The position numbers were made by a program, and so were the translations under genes. Of a stretch of 64,000 nt of DNA, positions 26,579 through 34,074 are shown piece by piece. The DNA is from Gammaproteobacteria bacterium. GTDB taxonomy: Bacteria; Pseudomonadota; Gammaproteobacteria; Steroidobacterales; Steroidobacteraceae. Positions within the stretch are counted from its first letter, which is position 1, and each line of letters starts with the position of its first letter. The notes under the pieces were generated by a model that saw nothing but the letters and a program-made list of their open reading frames with translations, was not told where the DNA came from and made no database searches. The stretch is from contig RGUL01000004.1 in assembly GCA_010027845.1 (NCBI GenBank), positions 1,810 through 65,809 on the forward strand, read 5' to 3'.

Positions 26579-28378
26579 TCAGCGCGCGACTTTGGCAGGC
26601 CCCGTTATTTTTTGAGGCGACACCCCCACTGGCGCATTCACGGTCCATTCATGATCGATTTGACCGTTACGCCGGGACGCGTTCTCGTCTTTCGGCAACC
26701 AAGCTCGAACGTACTGCGAGGTCACTTTGCCTGGCGTGACGGTCACACGCAGATGTCCGGAGCTGCTCACGATCGTCCCGGCGACATAGTGATAGTCGCT
26801 GGCGATGTTTGCACCACTATTGTTGTTCTTAGCGCTCGGTTGCGGAACGGTTTGATAGACGACACCGTCGAGTTCTTGGCGGACGTACACATGATCGTGT
26901 CCTTTGAATACTGCGGTGACTTTATATTTGACCAACAGGTCGTGGATCGGCGCCGTCCAACCCGGGCGCTTTTGCGCAAAGCCCGCCGAGCCGTCCGAAT
27001 TCTTACCGCCCCACTCGTAAAACGGCGCCGCCTCGATACCTCCGCGCATCGCGCCGTCGAGTCCGCCGACGATGTTGTGCAGGAACACGAATTTGAACGT
27101 CGCCGTACTTTTCGACAGCGTCTCGACCAGCCATTGATACTGGCGCGCACCGAGCGTGAAGTTCCAAGCATCCGCACCGGGCTTCGTGGCGGTGTTCCAA
27201 AAGGGATCGAGCACGATGAATTGGGCGTCACCCCAGTTCCAGGAGTACCACGCGACACGATTACCGGCGACCGGATCGACGAACGAGTCGCCCGTGTAAA
27301 ACGCATTCGGCGTCGGAATCGGAAAAAACTCGAGTCGTGCTTGCGATGCCCACATCGGCAAACTCTGCGCCGAGCCGTCGACCAGCCAGCCGAGCTCGGC
27401 GTCGTGGTTACCGTTCACCAAAAATAGTGGCGCAGAATGGGTCAACAATCCGAAGTTGGCGCGCTCGTAACGGTATCGCGCATCGAGCGTCGCTTTGCTC
27501 GTTGGTTGCGCGATGACCGCCGTGAGCGGCTCGGCATGCTTCTCAGTCATGAAGGTATCGCCGAGATCGACATGAAAATCCGGTTGATCGGCGAGTATGT
27601 TCGCGAGCGTGCGTTTGTACTGATCAACGTCGGAATTTTCGTCCATGTGCGAGTCGGCCTGCACCGTGAACGTGAAACTTTGACCCTTCGGTCGCGCGGT
27701 TTGAAACCGGTAATTCTTAGAAACAGTATCGGTTGTGCTACCGGTCTGTCGCAGAATCACGCGATATTGATATGCGGTGTTCGAACGTAATGCGTTCAAG
27801 GTCACCTCGAGAACTTTACCGGCGACGAGATTTTGCGTTGCAGACTGGGTTTCGCTCGCATCGGTCGCGGCTTTGTAGGCGATCGTCAGTGTGCCGCTAC
27901 GATCCACCGAATACAGTTTCAGCCGCATCGACGTGTCGGTGGGCGCACCGAGGACGATATCCCCGGGGAAATCGGCCGCGACGCTGACGGCGGCAGCTGG
28001 CGTGGCGGTCGCTGCGCTTGACGCGGCGCTGTTGCCGATCCGATTGGTCGCGATAACGGAGCAGGAATAGGCGGTGCCGTTCGTCAAACCACCAACGGTG
28101 ATCGGACTCGCCGCGCCCGTGCCGGTCGCGGTCGTAGAACCGGCCGCGCAACTCGCGGTGTAGCCGGTGATCGCCGCACCACCATCGCTCGACGGCGCGG
28201 TGAAACTCAGGGTGATCTTGCCATCGCCGGCGGCAGCGGCGACGGATGATGGTGCGCCCGGAACCGTTGCGGCGGGCGTCACCGGCGTCGGCGCGACCGG
28301 TGTCGACGCTGCGCCACCCCCGCCCCCACACGCCGCCAACGATGCGATGAGCAGACTAGGCCAAAGAATTTTGTGCAT
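26579..28378 (-). CDS. Lipoprotein: Fn3 domain + purple-acid-phosphatase-like metallophosphoesterase
   Basis: Start moved to ATG 28378 (MHKILWPSLLIASLAACGGGGG lipobox). Fn3 block ITLSFTAPSSDGGAAITGYTASC. Metallophosphoesterase motifs ADSH, LGDTF, VNGNHD and KGHDHVY. Confidence 0.7.
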   Translation of the reverse strand: MHKILWPSLLIASLAACGGGGGAASTPVAPTPVTPAATVPGAPSSVAAAAGDGKITLSFTAPSSDGGAAITGYTASCAAGSTTATGTGAASPITVGGLTNGTAYSCSVIATNRIGNSAASSAATATPAAAVSVAADFPGDIVLGAPTDTSMRLKLYSVDRSGTLTIAYKAATDASETQSATQNLVAGKVLEVTLNALRSNTAYQYRVILRQTGSTTDTVSKNYRFQTARPKGQSFTFTVQADSHMDENSDVDQYKRTLANILADQPDFHVDLGDTFMTEKHAEPLTAVIAQPTSKATLDARYRYERANFGLLTHSAPLFLVNGNHDAELGWLVDGSAQSLPMWASQARLEFFPIPTPNAFYTGDSFVDPVAGNRVAWYSWNWGDAQFIVLDPFWNTATKPGADAWNFTLGARQYQWLVETLSKSTATFKFVFLHNIVGGLDGAMRGGIEAAPFYEWGGKNSDGSAGFAQKRPGWTAPIHDLLVKYKVTAVFKGHDHVYVRQELDGVVYQTVPQPSAKNNNSGANIASDYHYVAGTIVSSSGHLRVTVTPGKVTSQYVRAWLPKDENASRRNGQIDHEWTVNAPVGVSPQKITGPAKVAR

Positions 28379-28389
28379 TGCGTGCGATC

Positions 28390-29871
28390 TCAAGGCAAAG
28401 AATACGAAAATGCGACGGTGCCCGACACCTTTCCGGGGCCTTCGTCGACCGGCAACCACACCCGCACGTATTCGACTTTGATGCCGGTCGGCGAAACCGT
28501 GACGCGGGTGTAGCCCGAGTTCGGATATTTGTCACCGCCGGTGTAGGCATCGTCATTTCGAAATGCGTATGCCGGGTCAGCCGGCTCGGGGAGCGTTTGA
28601 TAAGTGACGCCGTCGAGCGCCTCGCGCACCCAAATATGATCGTGTCCTTGGAAGAAAATGTTCACCTTGTTTGCGACGAGCAAACGATGAATCGGTAAAT
28701 TCCACGTCGGGCGTCGGGTCGCGAACTCGTCGACACCAGCGGCCGACTTCCCGCCCCACTCCCAAAGATTCGCGATCTCGATACCACCGCGACCGGTGCC
28801 TAGCACGTGGTGCGCAAAGACGAACTTGTATTTCGCCTTGCTCGTTTCGAGCGTCGTCTTCAGCCACTGATATTGACTGTCACCGTGCGTGACTTCCCAG
28901 GGGCTCGAACGTTTCGAACCGCCGCCGAAAACGTTGTCGACTGGCACCGGTGAGGACCAATACGGATCGATCACCACGAACAACGCGTCGCCCCAGGTCC
29001 AAGAATAGTAGTTGCGCAGTTGGCCGATGAAGGCGACCGGCTCGCTATTGCCGCCGTAAAACCGATCCGGTGCTGGTTGCGAGTACAAAGAATTCCGTGC
29101 ATTTTGCGCCCACACGGCCACGTTGTTCGGTGTGCCGTCGAGCAGATACCGTGCGGCCTGTTCGTGATTACCATTGACAAGAAATAGCGAAGCGCGTCGC
29201 GCGACCGTCGAAAAATATGGTCGCTGCAACGTGTAGCGGCCACGCACCTGCGCCTCGTTGATAGTGGTGGCGTCTAATGTATCGACGCTGAAATCGTCGC
29301 CCATCGCGATGTAGAAATCGGGTCGGTCCGCGGCCACTGCATCGAGCGTACGTTGGTAGAGCGTCGGATCGAATTCGGACTTCAAGCGCTCCGGATGCGA
29401 ATCACCCTGCAACGCGAACATGAAAGTCGAACCGGCCGGTCGCGCAGTTTGGAATTGCAGTTCATCGGTGGTCTGCGTCGTCGAGCCGTTCGCAGGCACG
29501 AGACTCACGCGGTAGTAGTAACGCGTATTAGCCGCCAAGTTCACCACGGCAACTTCGAGCGGTTTGTCTGCCGACAAATTAGCTGTCGCGGTTTGGGTGT
29601 CGAGTCGACCGGGCACCGTGCCGTAGGCGACGGTGACGGCCCCCGATTCGGTGGTCGAATAAAGATTCAGCTTGATTGAATCGCTGGTCGGCGAGGCGAG
29701 TACGATGTCGCCTTTGAAGGTGGTCGTCGCAGTGGTGGTCGGCGGCGTGGGTGTCGACGGGGCGGTCGGTGTGTTAGCAGCCGAAGACGGCGCCGACGAT
29801 CCACCACCACCGCAAGAAATTATCATCGCCGCACCGATCGCTACGACAATGTTGCGCAGTTGAACCGTCAA
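28390..29871 (-). CDS. Lipoprotein: purple-acid-phosphatase-like metallophosphoesterase (paralogue of 26579..28378, without Fn3)
   Basis: TTG start with GGAG 9 nt upstream. Lipobox IISCGGGG. Motifs GDSH, MGDDF, VNGNHE, FAHH and QGHDHIW. Confidence 0.7.
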   Translation of the reverse strand: MTVQLRNIVVAIGAAMIISCGGGGSSAPSSAANTPTAPSTPTPPTTTATTTFKGDIVLASPTSDSIKLNLYSTTESGAVTVAYGTVPGRLDTQTATANLSADKPLEVAVVNLAANTRYYYRVSLVPANGSTTQTTDELQFQTARPAGSTFMFALQGDSHPERLKSEFDPTLYQRTLDAVAADRPDFYIAMGDDFSVDTLDATTINEAQVRGRYTLQRPYFSTVARRASLFLVNGNHEQAARYLLDGTPNNVAVWAQNARNSLYSQPAPDRFYGGNSEPVAFIGQLRNYYSWTWGDALFVVIDPYWSSPVPVDNVFGGGSKRSSPWEVTHGDSQYQWLKTTLETSKAKYKFVFAHHVLGTGRGGIEIANLWEWGGKSAAGVDEFATRRPTWNLPIHRLLVANKVNIFFQGHDHIWVREALDGVTYQTLPEPADPAYAFRNDDAYTGGDKYPNSGYTRVTVSPTGIKVEYVRVWLPVDEGPGKVSGTVAFSYSLP

Positions 29872-29999
29872 TCTTTTTCTCCGAGTCGAGTGTCGCCGTG
29901 TTCGTATTGTGTTGAAATCGTTGCGCGATACCCGTCACGAAGTAGTAAAGTTTTGCAAAGAATCCTGTTGCCACCGTCTCAGAAGGCGATCATTCGTTC

Positions 30000-31850
30000 A
30001 TGAAAGTTTTCCTCCAGCGTGCGCTGAGTTCAGCGCTCTTGATGGCCACTCTGTCGAGTTGCGGCGGTGGCGGCGGCAGTGGCGCCACGACGCCTACGAC
30101 CCCTACGACGCCCACTCCGCCGGCCACGGTGAGCACACCCGGCGCACCGACCGGCGTCACTGCGACCGTCGGTAATGCGACGCTGACGATCGCCTTCACG
30201 GCACCGAGTTCGAACGGCGGTGCGACGATCACGGGCTATACGGTCACTTGCACCGCCGGCGCGAACTCTAAAACCGCCACCGGCAGCGCAAGTCCGATCA
30301 GCGTGACGGGACTCACGAACGGCACCAATTACAGTTGCTCGGTCACCGCGACGAATTCCGCAGGTACCGGCGCCGCATCCACGAGCGTCACCGCGACGCC
30401 GGCCGCGCCTACCTCGAGCTTCGCGTTGACGAGTACAGCCGGGACGGCAGGTAGCGCGATGGCCGCGGACTACACATGTGATGGCACGGGCTCCTCGCCA
30501 CAACTATCTTGGACCAACGCGCCAGCTGGGACCAAAGAATTCGCTCTACTGATGACCACGCTGCCGGGCGACGGCACGACCAAGTGGAACTGGGTGCTGT
30601 ACGGCATCCCCGCAGCGACCAAGTCGCTCAACAAAGATACCTTCGGTATCGGCACGACCGGCGTCGGCAGCGATGGTCCGTTTGCCGGCTACCAGCCACC
30701 CTGCTCCCAAGGCCCGGGGGCGAAAACGTACACGTTTACGCTGTATGCGCTCTCTGCGACGCCCGATTTGTCTGCCGCCGGCTCGACCGTCAACGGCTCG
30801 ACGATCACGAGCGCGATCGCCGGGATTACTTTGGGTTCGGCCACGCTCGATCTCAACTACACGCGTCCGACGAATGCCACCGGTTCATCGACCGCCTGCG
30901 GCTATGTACGTAGTTCGCTCGGTGGTTCGACCACCGGCAACGCGAGCGTCGCCTGCGATGCTAACTACGCTTACGTCAGCTCGAACAGTCTCGCCACCCA
31001 CACGATGATGAATGGCATCACCGCCACCAACCTGCAGGTCCCGACCGCGCAAAATTTCTTAGGCGCCAACGGTTGGAAGATTCCGCTCGCACCGGCGATC
31101 GCCGCGAGCACGGTTTCCGCGGTCGACGGACCGATCGGTATCGCCGTGAACGGCGTGTTGATTTTCAATCCTTGCAAACAAGGTGGTTGCCAGAATGGTG
31201 ACACCAAGGTGCTCGGTGAACTCGACGTCTGTAACGGCCATGCGGGTCGAGCCGACGATTATCACTACCACGCTGCACCGGTGTGCATGATGCAAACCAA
31301 AGCGGCCAACTATTGGGATACGCACCCGGTCGGCTGGGCGCTCGATGGTTATGCGATCTATGGTTATAACGACGCCGACGGTAAGGTCGCGGCACGCGAC
31401 ACGGTGTGCGGCGGCAACACCAATGCCGTCGTCAACGGTCCGAGCGGCTACGCCTACCACGTCACCGACGCATCGCCGTACGTGCTCGCCTGCTTTCGCG
31501 GCACGCCGAGCCCGGACCTGGCGAACCAAAGCAGCAAATTCTCGCCGATGCGTCAGCCCCCCGTGCAGCCTTTCAAAGTTTCGAACATGACCTTGGCGAC
31601 CGACGCCAAAGATGGCTATCAAGTGCTGCAGTTCACCTCGGCGATCAATTTCACGACTAACGAAACGGGCTCCGACACTTATTCGAACGCACCCGGCACT
31701 TATCGCATTCGCTACAAGCAACTCGGCGGCGCGGAGCTCACCAACGCGCTCACACAATCCGGTAACGGGAATAAAACGGCGTGCTGGGCGTTCCAATTCA
31801 CCGATTCGGCAGGCGCGACGACCCAACCGAACATCACGTATTGCCGTTGA
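30000..31850 (+). CDS. Lipoprotein: Fn3 + PEBP (YbhB/YbcL-type) + YHYH-motif domain
   Basis: Lipobox LSSCGGGGG. Fn3 block LTIAFTAPSSNGGATITGYTVTC. PEBP-like DYTCDG...SPQLSWTNAP..EFALLM...YTFTLYAL. GHAGRADDYHYHAAP with YHYH at 31260-31271. Confidence 0.65.
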   Translation: MKVFLQRALSSALLMATLSSCGGGGGSGATTPTTPTTPTPPATVSTPGAPTGVTATVGNATLTIAFTAPSSNGGATITGYTVTCTAGANSKTATGSASPISVTGLTNGTNYSCSVTATNSAGTGAASTSVTATPAAPTSSFALTSTAGTAGSAMAADYTCDGTGSSPQLSWTNAPAGTKEFALLMTTLPGDGTTKWNWVLYGIPAATKSLNKDTFGIGTTGVGSDGPFAGYQPPCSQGPGAKTYTFTLYALSATPDLSAAGSTVNGSTITSAIAGITLGSATLDLNYTRPTNATGSSTACGYVRSSLGGSTTGNASVACDANYAYVSSNSLATHTMMNGITATNLQVPTAQNFLGANGWKIPLAPAIAASTVSAVDGPIGIAVNGVLIFNPCKQGGCQNGDTKVLGELDVCNGHAGRADDYHYHAAPVCMMQTKAANYWDTHPVGWALDGYAIYGYNDADGKVAARDTVCGGNTNAVVNGPSGYAYHVTDASPYVLACFRGTPSPDLANQSSKFSPMRQPPVQPFKVSNMTLATDAKDGYQVLQFTSAINFTTNETGSDTYSNAPGTYRIRYKQLGGAELTNALTQSGNGNKTACWAFQFTDSAGATTQPNITYCR

Positions 31851-31878
31851 GCACCAACCTATCTTTGGTCGATCTGCG

Positions 31879-32439
31879 ATGTTGAGAGTTTTCGCACTCG
31901 CGACCGTCTCGCTCTTCATGGGTGCAATGGCACTCGCGCACGAACTCCCCGATGATCGGGTGACGATCGTGCAGCGCGAACCGACGCATCTCTCGATTAC
32001 GTTTTACGTCGACGAAGTCGGGCTTCTACAACGCCTGATCGCCCCGAACAGTTCGCGGGCGGAGTTCTTGCTCGCCTGCGCCGCGCTGCCGCAGGCGATG
32101 CTCGCAGGCAGGTTGCAAGCCGCGCGCAATGCATTTGAGTCGGAGGTCGCGATCCGCGACCCTGATCGTCGCAGTTTGGCAATCTCAGCGTTCCGATGGC
32201 CGACGATCATCGACACGCAAAGACTGCTAAAGGAAAGCGCGCTTACTCTGCTGGCAACCGGCACCGATCATGAGAGAGGCGTCCTGACCGAGATTAACGC
32301 TGACGCGACGGCTGGTAAGTTGCTTAATTCGATCACCTTCGTCAAGCCGAAGTCGTTACCAAGGCTTACGGTCGTATCCTATCGCCCGTTACAACAGCAA
32401 ATGAACGACGAGATCAGCGAAATCAAAATCACGTTTTAA
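31879..32439 (+). CDS. Hypothetical secreted protein
   Basis: Start moved to ATG 31879 (signal peptide MLRVFALATVSLFMGAMALA). No recognisable motif. Confidence 0.4.
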   Translation: MLRVFALATVSLFMGAMALAHELPDDRVTIVQREPTHLSITFYVDEVGLLQRLIAPNSSRAEFLLACAALPQAMLAGRLQAARNAFESEVAIRDPDRRSLAISAFRWPTIIDTQRLLKESALTLLATGTDHERGVLTEINADATAGKLLNSITFVKPKSLPRLTVVSYRPLQQQMNDEISEIKITF

Positions 32440-32451
32440 CGTGAGAGAAGA

Positions 32452-32808
32452 TCAGCGTAGACTGTGTGCGACCGGCTTGCCGGTCTCGTCGACGCAAACG
32501 AAGACGATTTCGTCGATAATAACGATGATTTGCAAAGTCGTTAAATCGCGCACTTGCACTTCCAAAGTTAATGAAGTAACTCCGACTTTTTTCAATCGAA
32601 CGCCGATCTCAACCACGTCACCCTGACGCGCCGGGGCGACGAAATTGATCGCAGACATGCTTTTGGTCACGACTCGTCGGTGCCGTGATTCTATCGACGC
32701 GTAAATCGCCGCTTCTTCGTCGATCCACTCCAGACATCGGCCGCCGAACAATGTGCCGTTGGCGTTTAGATCACCAGGCTTCACCAGCTTTCTCGTCAAA
32801 AAGCGCAT
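32452..32808 (-). CDS. Acyl-CoA thioesterase (hotdog fold, YciA-like)
   Basis: LVKPGDLNANGTLFGGRCLEWIDEEAAIYA is the typical hotdog thioesterase N-terminal block. Confidence 0.75.
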   Translation of the reverse strand: MRFLTRKLVKPGDLNANGTLFGGRCLEWIDEEAAIYASIESRHRRVVTKSMSAINFVAPARQGDVVEIGVRLKKVGVTSLTLEVQVRDLTTLQIIVIIDEIVFVCVDETGKPVAHSLR

Positions 32809-32809
32809 A

Positions 32810-32818
32810 CCCCCCCCC
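32810..32818 (-). repeat. G9 homopolymer (C9 on + strand) one nt upstream of the thioesterase ATG
   Basis: Read directly: ...cat a ccccccccc ga... on the + strand, i.e. GGGGGGGGG-T-ATG on the coding strand. Confidence 0.9.
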
Positions 32819-32953
32819 GAACCGCGGCGCTATGCTAATTCGAGAAGGTTTCGCTGAGATGAAATAGGTTCGATGTAACGTCGCCGTCGATTCATAAATC
32901 ATTAATGAATGAATGGAATTCTTAATCGTTCAGGCGGAACGGACCCGAGCGAT

Positions 32954-34000
32954 ATGAAAAAGACTTTACGTTTGATCGTAGGCCTTTCCGGTATCGTGCA
33001 CGCTAGCGACTTATTAGCCGAAGTCGCAGATGGAACGGTGACAAGATTGTCACCGACCGAAGTTCAGCTGAGATGGACCGGCGCTACGCAAGTCGACGTT
33101 CTACGGCGATCGTACGATCGGAGCGTGCCGGAACAATGTTTGGTCACGTCGCACAACAATTCTTCGCTACTGGTAAAGGACGACGGTATTCCGGCTCTTT
33201 ACGTTATTCGTGACGTGACCGACGGTTCTCAGATCGTCGCGTCCGAGCGTATTGTACCGTTAACGCAAGGATCCAACTTTCGCGACGTCGGTGGATATCG
33301 CACGTCCGATGGTAAACGTGTGCGATGGGGGATGATTTTTAGAAGCGGCGGACAGCCACAGCTCAGCGACCGCGACCTTGAGATCGTGAAGAGCTTGAAG
33401 TTGCGGCGTATTATTGATCTTAGATCCCGCGAGGAGCGATCGATCGCTCCGACGCGGATCGATGAGGTGCCCTACGAGGCGGTCGGATACTCGTTCACGA
33501 CATTGGTGCCGGCCGGAACGCCCACTCCAGCATCGGGCGGTGTCTACAATGGCTTCGCATCGTTACTTGCGCCACACCTGCGCATCATCACTCGCAACAT
33601 TTTGAGCGGCGAGACACCTTTGGTTTTTAATTGCTCAGCCGGACAGGATCGAACCGGGTTTGTCGCAGCAATTTTGCTTGCGGCCATCGGCGTCGAACGG
33701 GACGATATCGAGCGAGACTATCTGGCGTCGACTGGTTTTCGGCAACCGCAATACGAAATGCCAGCGCTCGACCCTCAAACGGTGTCGGCGGACTCGGTCG
33801 CGATGTTTTTCGCCCGCGCGCAGCAAAGCCCGGATTGGCTGCGCCCTAAGCCGCTGGTGACGAGTTCCGGTGAGCCGCTCATTCGGATCGCGATGCGAGA
33901 TGTCGAGGCGCGCTGGGGTAGCGTAGAGAATTATTTGAAAGCTGAGGTGGGGCTAAGCGATTCTGAATTGCAGCGCTTGCGAGCGATTTTGAGCGATTGA
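32954..34000 (+). CDS. Secreted tyrosine-phosphatase-fold protein (Y_phosphatase3-like)
   Basis: Signal peptide MKKTLRLIVGLSGIVHA. NFRDVGGYRTSDGKRVRWGMIFRSG. Active-site loop NCSAGQDRTG (CX5R). The ORF-track start at 32909 is also possible. Confidence 0.7.
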   Translation: MKKTLRLIVGLSGIVHASDLLAEVADGTVTRLSPTEVQLRWTGATQVDVLRRSYDRSVPEQCLVTSHNNSSLLVKDDGIPALYVIRDVTDGSQIVASERIVPLTQGSNFRDVGGYRTSDGKRVRWGMIFRSGGQPQLSDRDLEIVKSLKLRRIIDLRSREERSIAPTRIDEVPYEAVGYSFTTLVPAGTPTPASGGVYNGFASLLAPHLRIITRNILSGETPLVFNCSAGQDRTGFVAAILLAAIGVERDDIERDYLASTGFRQPQYEMPALDPQTVSADSVAMFFARAQQSPDWLRPKPLVTSSGEPLIRIAMRDVEARWGSVENYLKAEVGLSDSELQRLRAILSD

Positions 34001-34014
34001 TCGATGGAGATCGA

Positions 34015-34050
34015 CGCGGCCGGTGCAGAGAAAGCTCACTGCACCGGCCG
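34015..34050. terminator. Perfect 13-bp-stem hairpin between convergent genes
   Basis: GCGGCCGGTGCAG-agaaagctca-CTGCACCGGCCGC, between stop 34000 (+) and stop 34075 (-). Confidence 0.6.
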
Positions 34051-34074
34051 CCCCAACATCCTCTAGGTTGTAAC

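Noticed and set aside
29886-29925. GTGTC / GTGTT / GTGTT repeats (spacings 8 and 11 nt) in the divergent promoter between the PAP-like operon and the Fn3-PEBP-YHYH gene.
   Set aside because: The match to the TGTCA core is poor and the phasing is inconsistent. This is not enough to call a Pho box, though Pi regulation of this promoter is still worth testing.
30060-30135. Short tandem-looking GGC/GGT and ACG-CC(T/C) repeats. Equivalents occur near 28262-28330 and 29740-29830.
   Set aside because: They encode the poly-Gly and Pro/Thr linkers that follow the lipobox Cys of the three lipoproteins. They are not a CRISPR array or non-coding VNTR.
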